DNA of 49,460 nucleotides from Patescibacteria group bacterium (GTDB taxonomy: Bacteria > Patescibacteriota > 4484-211): contig JAHJGY010000022.1 in assembly GCA_018824115.1 (NCBI GenBank), positions 1 through 49,460 of the forward strand, read 5' to 3'. This document shows, one piece after another, positions 14,540-22,609 of the stretch (the first letter of the stretch is position 1; the number at the start of each line of letters is the position of its first letter). The translations under genes and the position numbers were made by a program. The notes beneath the pieces are model-generated. The model saw nothing but the letters and a program-made list of their open reading frames with translations. It did no database searches and was not told the origin of the DNA.

Positions 14540-17359
14540 ATGCAACGTAAAATAGCTATAACCATTAGTGTTTTTGTTCTAGCGCTACTTCTCCCTGTTA
14601 TGGGTGCGGCGCAAGTTGTAGGTTGTGAATATGAGTGGGCTAGTGATTATTTCCACACTGGAGATCGCTCTCTTAAAATTCAAAGTGATGATCCGGGCAC
14701 TGCCTGTAGTTGGGTGAGCGAGGAGGGGGTTGAGGTGACAGCGGGTGAGGAGTATGAGATATCGGGCTGGATTAGAACAGAAGATGTAAATGGTGCTGCG
14801 GTAGTTGAGGTTGTGTTCTACGGTGGTACTGGCACTGAGGTTTTCAGGGAATCGACGCCGGAGTTAGATGGGACGACAAGTAATCCGGACGAGAATGATT
14901 TTGTCGAGAGAACAGCTAGCGCGATTGCGCCTGCGAGCGCAGTAAGCGCGGTATTGGAGTTAACGCTAATAGGAACAGGAATAGTTTGGTTCGATGATGT
15001 TTCTATGAGCCAGGTTTCGGGTGAAGCGAACACAGTTAGGGTGGCGCCGGAGATGCAAACAGTGGGTATTGATGATGAAATGGTCGTAGATATTAATATA
15101 ATAGATACGGCGAATTTGTATGGATTTCAATTTGATCTTGCCTATGATTCGTCCATTCTAGAGTACATTTCCTTGGAAAGAGGAACATTTATTGGTGATT
15201 CGTATAGTACTTACTGGGTTGCTTTAAATACTGGTACCCCGGGGTTAATTGGTAGTATTGCTGTGACGCGAACAACTCCTGGCGAAACAGTATCTGGCTC
15301 GGGAACACTGGTGGGCGTGAGGTTCAGAACTCTGGCAGCGGGAACCTCAGTAATTGATATTCAGGGTCTTAAATTATCAGATGATGATGCAAACGAGATC
15401 TTGTCAACAGCGCAGGATGGCACTGTTATTGTAGCTGGAGAGATAACTCCTCCATCACAGCCCACGCCGACCCCGATACCGACATCTATACCAACCCCAA
15501 CCCCAACTATACCGATACCTACGCCTACGGCGGTGCCTACAGTTACACCCACGGTAGCACCAACAGTGGTGCCCACATTGGCGCCAACGCCAACGCCAAC
15601 GCCTACCATACCGATACCTACGCCTACAACGGCGCCTGCAGTTACACCCACGGTAGCACCAACGGTGACGCCCACATTGGCACCAATACCGACGTTAACA
15701 CCTACACCCCCACCCGAGGATTCCTGTCTTTATGAGTGGGCTACTGATTATTATCGGTCACCGGATCACTCATTAAAAGTCTATAGTGATGACCCGGCTT
15801 CTACTTGCAGTTGGGTTTCCGAGGATCCAATATCAGTTAACGCTGGTAAAGAATACGAATTGGTCGGGTGGATTCGAACAGAGAATGCGGCCGACGGTGT
15901 GTACTTGGAAATAGTGTTTTACGATAGTAATGGTGACGAACTTATGAGAAAGGCGACCTTAGAGGTGATTGGTACGACGGGAGTTTTTGTTGAGAGGAAG
16001 GTTAGTGCGGTAGCACCTTCTGGAAGCATGAGTGTAGCAATAGAACTAACTCTGACGGGAATTGGGACAGCGTGGTTTGACGATATCTCTTTTTCCGAGG
16101 TGTCTATTGAACCGAATACAGTTAAAGTATCACCCGATTCACAAACCGTTGCAGTTGGTGATGCAGTGTCTGTGGATATTAACGTAGTTGAAGTTTCTGA
16201 CCTATATGGATTCCAATTTGATATAACCTATGGATCGACGATATTGGAATTTGCTTCGTTAGAACGTGGGCTTTTTATTGGAGATGCGGACAGTACTTAT
16301 TGGGTTAGTGAAGATACCAGTAGTGCTGGTGTAATTAGGAATATTGCCGCGACACGGACTATTCCCGGAGTAGCTGTTTCGGGGTCAGGTACATTAATTA
16401 CTCTCACATTTAATGCTGTTGCTAGTGGAAGTTCAAGTATTAGAATCGAGAATTTGAAGCTGGCTGGCAGTAATGCCGAAGAAATACCTTCTACGGCTGT
16501 GAGTGGAGTTGTTGTTGTTTCTACAGGAGAGAACGAGTTGCCATTAGTAGATTTAAAGGCAGACAGTTTAGACGGGTCGATTACTATTCCCATTAATAAC
16601 ACTGTTGCCCTTTCCTGGACTTCTGAAAATGCTACCAGTTGTGTGGGTTCGGGAGATTGGTCAGGAGTGAAGCCGCTGGTTGGGCTGGAAGAAACTGGTA
16701 ATTTGACATCTCAGAAGTTTTACACACTAACCTGCACCGGTTCAGGAGGAACAGCTTCGGATAGCGTGACTGTTAACATAGGAGCTACGCCGACACTTTA
16801 TACCAGTTTGCAAGTGGCTGTTGATTCAATGAATTGGCAGAATAGTTTATCGGGCAGTGCTCCCCTGAATGGCGTTGATTTGAAGGCAACGGTGGAGCAG
16901 TGCACGATAAACTATACCTTTTGGTGCCATTGTGCCGATTCCGGTTTGAGCGTTTCAAAGACCATCGAAAAGTGCGGAATTCCCGATTATAAGGTAGATG
17001 GGACTCATCAGAATCCGATGGTGGCAGATGATTTATGTGACTATTCTTTTTCTGGGATCTATACTGCGAAGGTGATTGTGGAAAAATACCTTTCCGAACC
17101 AGTAGAAGATAGAGCTACAATTCTTGTTGCTCCCGAAACGAGCCCGCCACCAGTTTCCCCGATTCCGACACCTGTACCGAGTGATAAGTATGATGTTAAC
17201 GGTGATGGGGTTGTGAATATAGATGACCTTAAGGCGGTAATCAATTGTTGGGGAAAATCTTACTGCCTACCGCTGGAAACGGATATCAACGGAGATGGAA
17301 TCGTCAACGGATGGGATGTAATTGAGTTAACTCGTTATCTAATTGCCCAGAAATTCTAA
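14540..17359 (+). CDS. scaffoldin-like protein: signal, [CBM-like jelly roll + cohesin] x2 joined by a PT linker, Ig-like and PKD-like modules, divergent C-terminal dockerin
   Basis: 939-aa ORF with signal peptide MQRKIAITISVFVLALLLPVMGAAQ. The two-unit internal duplication covers aa 29-299 and aa 396-661. Cohesin hallmarks are LYGFQFDLAYDSSILEYISLERGTFIGD and LYGFQFDITYGSTILEFASLERGLFIGD. Ig-like module VALSWTSENATSCVGSGDWSG...YTLTCTGSGGTASDSVTV. C-terminal DVNGDGVVNIDD...DINGDGIVNGWD. Confidence 0.85.
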   Translation: MQRKIAITISVFVLALLLPVMGAAQVVGCEYEWASDYFHTGDRSLKIQSDDPGTACSWVSEEGVEVTAGEEYEISGWIRTEDVNGAAVVEVVFYGGTGTEVFRESTPELDGTTSNPDENDFVERTASAIAPASAVSAVLELTLIGTGIVWFDDVSMSQVSGEANTVRVAPEMQTVGIDDEMVVDINIIDTANLYGFQFDLAYDSSILEYISLERGTFIGDSYSTYWVALNTGTPGLIGSIAVTRTTPGETVSGSGTLVGVRFRTLAAGTSVIDIQGLKLSDDDANEILSTAQDGTVIVAGEITPPSQPTPTPIPTSIPTPTPTIPIPTPTAVPTVTPTVAPTVVPTLAPTPTPTPTIPIPTPTTAPAVTPTVAPTVTPTLAPIPTLTPTPPPEDSCLYEWATDYYRSPDHSLKVYSDDPASTCSWVSEDPISVNAGKEYELVGWIRTENAADGVYLEIVFYDSNGDELMRKATLEVIGTTGVFVERKVSAVAPSGSMSVAIELTLTGIGTAWFDDISFSEVSIEPNTVKVSPDSQTVAVGDAVSVDINVVEVSDLYGFQFDITYGSTILEFASLERGLFIGDADSTYWVSEDTSSAGVIRNIAATRTIPGVAVSGSGTLITLTFNAVASGSSSIRIENLKLAGSNAEEIPSTAVSGVVVVSTGENELPLVDLKADSLDGSITIPINNTVALSWTSENATSCVGSGDWSGVKPLVGLEETGNLTSQKFYTLTCTGSGGTASDSVTVNIGATPTLYTSLQVAVDSMNWQNSLSGSAPLNGVDLKATVEQCTINYTFWCHCADSGLSVSKTIEKCGIPDYKVDGTHQNPMVADDLCDYSFSGIYTAKVIVEKYLSEPVEDRATILVAPETSPPPVSPIPTPVPSDKYDVNGDGVVNIDDLKAVINCWGKSYCLPLETDINGDGIVNGWDVIELTRYLIAQKF
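15029..15436 (+). other. cohesin domain 1 (aa ~164-299)
   Basis: NTVRVAPEMQTVGIDDEMVVDINIIDTANLYGFQFDLAYDSSILEYISLERGTFIGD...GSGTLVGVRFRTLAAGTSVIDIQGLKLSD. The pattern matches cohesin modules as I recall them. Confidence 0.65.
15506..15703 (+). repeat. 99-nt tandem duplication inside the Pro/Thr linker (2 copies)
   Basis: TIPIPTPTAVPTVTPTVAPTVVPTLAPTPTPTP is followed directly by TIPIPTPTTAPAVTPTVAPTVTPTLAPIPTLTP. The DNA copies are near-identical. Confidence 0.85.
16112..16522 (+). other. cohesin domain 2 (aa ~525-661)
   Basis: NTVKVSPDSQTVAVGDAVSVDINVVEVSDLYGFQFDITYGSTILEFASLERGLFIGD...GSGTLITLTFNAVASGSSSIRIENLKLAG. Confidence 0.65.
17186..17344 (+). other. divergent dockerin at the scaffoldin C-terminus (aa ~883-935)
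   Basis: YDVNGDGVVNIDDLKAVINCWGKSYCLPLETDINGDGIVNGWDVIELTRYLI has two DxNGDGxVNxxD loops. Its helices and linker are unrelated to the five enzyme dockerins. Confidence 0.7.
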
Positions 17360-17418
17360 TTCCCCTTTGGCAATGATTTTTCGGCGGACTTGCCTTCCTT
17401 CGGGTATTTATTCTATTC

Positions 17419-17448
17419 TTGACAAAATTCGGAAGTAAGGGGTAGGAT
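17419..17448 (+). promoter_or_regulatory. putative promoter (TTGACA-N18-TAGGAT) upstream of pilM
   Basis: TTGACA at 17419-17424 and TAGGAT at 17443-17448, in the 180-nt gap after the scaffoldin gene. Confidence 0.3.
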
Positions 17449-17538
17449 AGAGGTAGTCGTGGGATTTAAAGAACCCGCCGGATCGACGGGTTAATTCGGT
17501 CGGTGGTCCGATTTTACATTGGACTGGACTTCAATTTA

Positions 17539-18588
17539 ATGCAACAGTTTTTTGGTTTAGATATAGGATCACGTAATATTAAAGTAGTTGAGTTAAACCG
17601 TGCCCGAGATGGCAGGCCTGAGTTAGTGGCATTTGGCTCGACAGAGACGCCTTCCGGGGCGATGCAGTCAGATTCGGAGATGGATCAGCAGAAGGTGGCT
17701 AAGGCGATTAAGGAGCTGATGAAAGAAAGTAAAATCAAGAGTCAGAAAGTGATTACAGCTTTTCCAGAATCCCGGGTATTTACCAGAGTGATAGAATTTC
17801 CACCATTAAGAGGAGAAGAATTGTACAGGGCTTTAGAGTGGGAATCAGATCGGTTTATTCCTTTGCCTAAAGATAAAGTAAAAGTAAGTTGGATGGTACT
17901 TGATGAAGGGCAACTCCCTGAGGGCGAAGAAGCTGGTCGGAAGATGGAGATATTACTGGTTGCTGCTCCTCTAGATCTGGTGAATAGATATTTAGGTATC
18001 CTTGAAATGGCAGGTGTTGAACCAGTTGCCTTTGAGTCAGAGATTATAGGCATGGTTCGTTCTTTAATTACTGGATCTGACGAGAGTGCCGTAGCATTGA
18101 TTATTTCCTTAGGTGCTTCAGCGACAGATTTGTGTATAGTAGATCGGGGAACAATCCGTTTTACGCGAAGTATTGGTACCAGTGGAGATGATTTAGCTAA
18201 GGCTGTTTCTAGGGATTTGGGATTTGAGGTTGCCCAGGCAGAGGAATACAAGCGAGCTTATGGCTTGATGGAGGATAAATTGGGAGGGAAAATCCTGGCA
18301 GTTGTTAAGCCAGTATTCGATGTAATTGTTAATGAGATTGAGAAAGCGATTATTTCTTATCAAACAAAGGTGCCGATGCGACCCGTTAAAAGAGTTGTGC
18401 TTACGGGAGGTACAGCCAGATTACCTGGAGTAGTTGTGTATTTGGCCGAGAGTCTTGGCATAGAAGTTCAGATTGGAGATCCGTGGGTTAATATTGTGAT
18501 TCCTCCACGGTTTGAAGAAGAAGTTCGTCGCTTGGAAAACCAGACTCAGTTTGCAGTTGCAGGTGGGCTGGCATTAAAGCAAGATTAA
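17539..18588 (+). CDS. pilM: type IV pilus assembly protein PilM (actin-like ATPase fold)
   Basis: FFGLDIGSRNIKVVEL N-terminal phosphate-1-like motif, with LGASATDLCIV and VVLTGGTARLPG. The ORF opens at GTG 17503; ATG 17539 (MQQFFGLDIGS) fits PilM N-termini better. Confidence 0.85.
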   Translation: MQQFFGLDIGSRNIKVVELNRARDGRPELVAFGSTETPSGAMQSDSEMDQQKVAKAIKELMKESKIKSQKVITAFPESRVFTRVIEFPPLRGEELYRALEWESDRFIPLPKDKVKVSWMVLDEGQLPEGEEAGRKMEILLVAAPLDLVNRYLGILEMAGVEPVAFESEIIGMVRSLITGSDESAVALIISLGASATDLCIVDRGTIRFTRSIGTSGDDLAKAVSRDLGFEVAQAEEYKRAYGLMEDKLGGKILAVVKPVFDVIVNEIEKAIISYQTKVPMRPVKRVVLTGGTARLPGVVVYLAESLGIEVQIGDPWVNIVIPPRFEEEVRRLENQTQFAVAGGLALKQD

Positions 18589-18619
18589 CGAGTTGTAAAT
18601 ACCTTCATTATTTTTATCT

Positions 18620-19180
18620 ATGCTATCTATGCAAGGAAAAGGGGTTAACCTATTACCTCAAGAAATTCAAGAACAAGAAGAAAAAGGATTAACATTCCGG
18701 AAGGTTAGTGTGCTTTGTGTTTTGGAGTTAGTTTTATTAGCAGTGATAGTACTTGGTCTTTATCGGTATCGGGAACAAATTGGGTCTCAATGGCAGATAC
18801 TTGACCAGGAGGTATTAACTCAACGGAGTGTAATAAATACTGAAGAGAATCGGAGATTGGAAGGGAAATTTACTGTAGTTAAGAAGAAGATAGGTGCTTT
18901 GGGAGAATACTTTGAACAACGATGGCATTACGCTACTTTCCTTGATGGTCTTACGAAAGCGCTCCCGGCAGGCTTGCAGATGATTTCTCTGAGGCAGACA
19001 GAGACTCCATCCGTTTTTGAGTTTTCAGGTCAAGCTGATAATGTAGGTCAGGTGAACACTTTTATTGATGACTTAGTCCAATGGGATGAGGTTATGTCGG
19101 TGTCGGTAACATTGCTGGATTATCAGATAGATAAGGGACGGTTAATTTTTAATTTAGCTATTACCAGGGAAAATATATGA
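18620..19180 (+). CDS. pilN: PilN-like pilus assembly protein
   Basis: N-terminal VNLLPQEI motif, one TM helix (VLCVLELVLLAVIVLGL) and a coiled C-terminal part. It lies directly after pilM. Confidence 0.7.
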   Translation: MLSMQGKGVNLLPQEIQEQEEKGLTFRKVSVLCVLELVLLAVIVLGLYRYREQIGSQWQILDQEVLTQRSVINTEENRRLEGKFTVVKKKIGALGEYFEQRWHYATFLDGLTKALPAGLQMISLRQTETPSVFEFSGQADNVGQVNTFIDDLVQWDEVMSVSVTLLDYQIDKGRLIFNLAITRENI

Positions 19181-19872
19181 GACAATCACCATTGTTCTTA
19201 ATACTGATTTGCGTAATTACTACTATTTTGGTTGTTGTATTAACGATCTATCCCTGGATTGGAGAGATTGGCTGGATGAAGAGGGAAATTGCAACTAGGG
19301 AAGCGCTACTAAACGATAAATTGTTACCGAAAGTAAATTTATTGCAATCCTTAACCGAGGTAGAGTTGGACTCTAGTATCGCCGCCTTAGAGGAGGCTCT
19401 CCCTTCTTTCCCTCAGGAATGGTCGGTATTTGCCTCGTTAGAAGCGTTGGCTGCAGAATCGAAAGTGGAGCTAGGTTTGTTAAATATAGGCAGTCTCGGA
19501 TTTGATGAGGCTACGTTATTGGAGGGTGGTGGGCGCCTAATGACAGTGGATGTACCAATTACTAGTGTCGGAGATCTTTCTCAAACAGTTGCTTTCCTCA
19601 AAAACATTGAGAGGGCAAAGAGGGTGTTGTCTTTAGCCCAGTTATCTTTGGGGAGTGATGGTGAAGAGATTCGTCTGTCAGGAATAGCAATAGTGCCGTT
19701 TCTCCCCGTCCCATCGAAGTTGGGACCTGTTGATGAACCTCTTGAAGAACTCAAAGTCGGAGACCAAGATATATTAGCTCAAGTCGCCCGTCTTAATTTA
19801 TATGGAATTTCCTTTCAATCCCCCGATTTCACAGGCGGGGATGTTGATTATGGGAAATCTGACCCTTTCTAA
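19177..19872 (+). CDS. pilO: PilO-like pilus assembly protein
   Basis: ATGA start/stop overlap with pilN. One N-terminal TM helix (LFLILICVITTILVVVLTIY), then coiled-coil and a ferredoxin-like C-terminal half. Assigned mainly from position and topology. Confidence 0.55.
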   Translation: MRQSPLFLILICVITTILVVVLTIYPWIGEIGWMKREIATREALLNDKLLPKVNLLQSLTEVELDSSIAALEEALPSFPQEWSVFASLEALAAESKVELGLLNIGSLGFDEATLLEGGGRLMTVDVPITSVGDLSQTVAFLKNIERAKRVLSLAQLSLGSDGEEIRLSGIAIVPFLPVPSKLGPVDEPLEELKVGDQDILAQVARLNLYGISFQSPDFTGGDVDYGKSDPF

Positions 19873-20126
19873 TCCGACTCAGGGCTTTCTTTCTCTTCGA
19901 CATTTAACTGGACGTGGATTCCCTTTGGTAGTGCAATTACGTTTAGTAGGTTACGGATTGACTTTATTACCTTTCCTTTTTTCCCAATGATGAGCGCAAT
20001 ATCTTCGGAGTGACTACTAATCTGAAAGATGGTAGTCCCGTTATCCGGGTCTTCTTTGGTATGAATATCAATTGCATCCGGGTGGTTGGCGATTCTTTTT
20101 ACAACGAAATTTAGTAGTTCCTGCAT
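19869..20126 (-). CDS. KH-domain RNA-binding protein (YlqC/KhpA-like)
   Basis: 85 aa with IALIIGKKGKVIKSIRNLL (GxxG KH motif). It sits downstream of rpsP, as in many bacteria. Confidence 0.8.
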   Translation of the reverse strand: MQELLNFVVKRIANHPDAIDIHTKEDPDNGTTIFQISSHSEDIALIIGKKGKVIKSIRNLLNVIALPKGIHVQLNVEEKESPESD

Positions 20127-20185
20127 TTTGACTATGATGCTAATAGATGCAAATAAAACATGATAGGCACATATCCTTATTAGAA

Positions 20186-20413
20186 TTATGCCTTTAGGAT
20201 TTTCCTAGCGCCTTCGCTCAATTGTGCTCCCTTATCCAGCCAGTAATCTAGGCGATTTTGTTTAACATCCAGTTTAGGAGGCTGGTCCTGGGGATTGTAG
20301 TGACCAATAATTTCAATGCACTTACCATCCCGTTTATTGCGAGAGTCAGTGATTACAATCCGGTAGCTGGGATAATTTTTGCGACCTGTTCGTGACAATC
20401 TAACTTTAAGCAT
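20186..20413 (-). CDS. rpsP: 30S ribosomal protein S16
   Basis: MLKVRLSRTGRKNYPSYRIVITDSRNKRDGKCIEIIGHYNP is a classical S16 N-terminus. Confidence 0.95.
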   Translation of the reverse strand: MLKVRLSRTGRKNYPSYRIVITDSRNKRDGKCIEIIGHYNPQDQPPKLDVKQNRLDYWLDKGAQLSEGARKILKA

Positions 20414-20422
20414 ATTCGAATT

Positions 20423-21115
20423 TTACATATCCCCTTCCCATTTTTCAAGTGCATCTTGTGCGGCTTCGACTTCGGCCTTTTGTTTGCTGTTACCTTCACC
20501 TTCTCCTACGTTTTTCTCATTTACAAATACTCCTGCTTTAAAATGTTTTTCGTGATCAGGGCCCCAAGTTTCGATAATCTTGTATTGCGGGGTTACAGAA
20601 AGAACTTCTTGCGTTAGTTCTTGGAAGCGAGATTTTGCGTCCCTATAAAGGTTGTTTTCAATAATTAATTCTAGTTTGGGTAAAAGAAACCTCTCGACAA
20701 ACTCTCGACATTTGTCTAAACCTGTCTCGAGGTAGCAAGCGCCAAGGAGGGCTTCGAAAGTGTTTGCGAGTAGGTAGCGCGACTGTCTCCCGCCTCCATC
20801 TTCTTCACCTTTTGAGAGTAGTAAGTATTCTCCCAGACCGAGAAATTTTGCGGTTTCGGCTAGGGACTCGGTGTTTACAAGGGCTGAACGTAGATTGGTT
20901 AGGAAACCTTCTGCTTCTTCTGGAAAGTGTTGATAGAGATATTCGGAGACAACAAGTTCGAGGCAGGCGTCTCCAAGGAATTCTAGTCTTTCGTTGGAAC
21001 CAAGGAGGAAATCCTTGTGTTCGTTAAGATATGATCGGTGCACGAAAGCATTTAGCAGGGAGTCTGGGTTGCTAAAACGTAACTTAATTTTAGTTTCTAG
21101 TTTTGTCAGATTCAT
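20423..21115 (-). CDS. rnc: ribonuclease III
   Basis: RNase III signature ERLEFLGDA, second catalytic region ANTFEALLGA, and a C-terminal dsRBD (KSRFQELTQE...GEGNSKQKAEVEAAQDAL). Confidence 0.95.
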   Translation of the reverse strand: MNLTKLETKIKLRFSNPDSLLNAFVHRSYLNEHKDFLLGSNERLEFLGDACLELVVSEYLYQHFPEEAEGFLTNLRSALVNTESLAETAKFLGLGEYLLLSKGEEDGGGRQSRYLLANTFEALLGACYLETGLDKCREFVERFLLPKLELIIENNLYRDAKSRFQELTQEVLSVTPQYKIIETWGPDHEKHFKAGVFVNEKNVGEGEGNSKQKAEVEAAQDALEKWEGDM

Positions 21116-21131
21116 TTAAATTGGTCCCCCG

Positions 21132-21656
21132 CTAGGCGGGATCCGGCTGATCAGCTAGGTCCAGGCGGGTAACAATTGTACCGAGGACCCCGTTAATAAA
21201 CTTTGAGCTATTTTCACCACCATATTCCTTGGATAGCTCTACTGCTTCATCGATGATTACTTTATAAGGAGTAGAAGCGTTTTTTCTGGTTAATTCAGCC
21301 ACTGCCAATCTTAAGACGCTTAAGTCAACGTTGGCGATTTGGACCAGGGGCCATTCTGGTGCCGCATTAGCGATGAGGCAATCAATTTTAGGATACCATT
21401 TAACGACCCTCTTAACAATAATCTTTGCCAGGTCAAAATCTGCACGTTTCCAGCTGGCTGATGATTGTAGCTGGGCCTTTGACCAATGGAGGTATAAAGA
21501 TTGAGCTTGTTTGGTAATCGCCTTCTGGTCTTCAATGTTAATTTCTTGCGGCTTGCCCGGTTCGATACCTCGCAGTTTAAGTTTAGCAGTCCAAGCAAAG
21601 GTTACTTGTAATGCTAGTTGTCTTGCCAGATGTCGAGGATCGTTTGGTGTTTTCAA
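21132..21656 (-). CDS. nusB: transcription antitermination factor NusB-like
   Basis: TTG start. PRHLARQLALQVTF N-terminus and C-terminal IIDEAVELSKEYGGENSSKFINGVLG, with a lineage-specific insert between them. Confidence 0.8.
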   Translation of the reverse strand: MKTPNDPRHLARQLALQVTFAWTAKLKLRGIEPGKPQEINIEDQKAITKQAQSLYLHWSKAQLQSSASWKRADFDLAKIIVKRVVKWYPKIDCLIANAAPEWPLVQIANVDLSVLRLAVAELTRKNASTPYKVIIDEAVELSKEYGGENSSKFINGVLGTIVTRLDLADQPDPA

Positions 21657-21787
21657 TGAGACTCAGAAATATTCGACGTTAGTTGAATATTTCTGCCAGT
21701 CGACCTGCCCGCAACGCTTCGCGTAGCGAGGCGGGCGGGATTAATCCTTTTGTAGCCCTAACGGGGCGGAGGAGGATTCAATGAGCC

Positions 21788-22000
21788 CTACACCTTGCTA
21801 TCCTTGGGATTTTTTGCTTTAATTTCGATCACCTTTTTATCTCGGAGGTAACCGCAATGAGGGCAGACACGGTGTGGTAATTTCAGCTTATCACAATTCT
21901 TGCAGTTTTGGTAACGAGGCAACTTCTGGCGGTTCAACCAAGCAGTTCTTCTGGTTCTTGTTTGGTGCTTAGATGGTTTTTTCTTTGGTACTGCTCCCAT
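21788..22000 (-). CDS. rpmF: 50S ribosomal protein L32
   Basis: MGAVPKKKPSKHQTRTRR N-terminus and zinc ribbon CKNC...CPHCG. Confidence 0.9.
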   Translation of the reverse strand: MGAVPKKKPSKHQTRTRRTAWLNRQKLPRYQNCKNCDKLKLPHRVCPHCGYLRDKKVIEIKAKNPKDSKV

Positions 22001-22059
22001 AATTTATCTTTTTCGCTGATTAGCTTGTTAGCTTCTTAATTACACTGCGATATTTTATG

Positions 22060-22599
22060 TCAATTTTCTACCTTTGTCAAAAAGGTAACTCCGGTTAATC
22101 CGTATTTACGTGTTTCTTTGTAATCAAGGCCACTAATTTTAGATGGAGGGAGAGCATCCCGGTGATGTAAGTAAACAACAACGCTATCATCCTTAAGTAC
22201 TCTTAGCAGTTTAACTAGGATGTGATCAATGTTAAATTCGTAAGGGGGATCGGCAAGTACAATGTTGTATTGATTTGGAAGACAAGAAGTTAGATATTCC
22301 TCTGCGCTGATCTGATGAACTTCTGTTTTGCCTCTAAATCGTGTATAGTTAACATTTTGCTTAATTGCAGTACAAGCTTCTTGGTTAATGTCAACGAAGT
22401 CAGCCCAAATAGCTCCTCTGGAAAGGGCTTCAATGCCTAGAGATCCACTTCCAGCGAAAATATCTAGCACGCGTGTCCCCTTAATATTTCCGAGGATGCT
22501 AAAAATGGCCTGCCTGACCATACTTTTGGTAGGCCTAAGTCCGGGAACGGCGGGAATGTGTAGTTGGTGGCCTTTGGCGACACCGGAGGAAATTCTCAC
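22060..22599 (-). CDS. rsmD: 16S rRNA (guanine966-N2)-methyltransferase RsmD
   Basis: GLRPTKSMVRQAIFSILG, SAM-binding VLDIFAGSGSLGIEALSRGA, and catalytic ADPPY. Confidence 0.85.
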   Translation of the reverse strand: MRISSGVAKGHQLHIPAVPGLRPTKSMVRQAIFSILGNIKGTRVLDIFAGSGSLGIEALSRGAIWADFVDINQEACTAIKQNVNYTRFRGKTEVHQISAEEYLTSCLPNQYNIVLADPPYEFNIDHILVKLLRVLKDDSVVVYLHHRDALPPSKISGLDYKETRKYGLTGVTFLTKVEN

Positions 22600-22609
22600 T
22601 AGATGTTCA

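Noticed and set aside
15361-15675. 104-aa - strand ORF rich in GVGVG repeats
   Set aside because: It is the antisense frame of the Pro/Thr linker and its 99-nt tandem duplication in the scaffoldin gene. This is a compositional artefact.
1-17359. Accessory cluster as a mobile genomic island
   Set aside because: I saw no integrase, transposase, flanking direct repeats or tRNA junction at its borders. Base composition was not computed, so horizontal origin remains untested rather than excluded.
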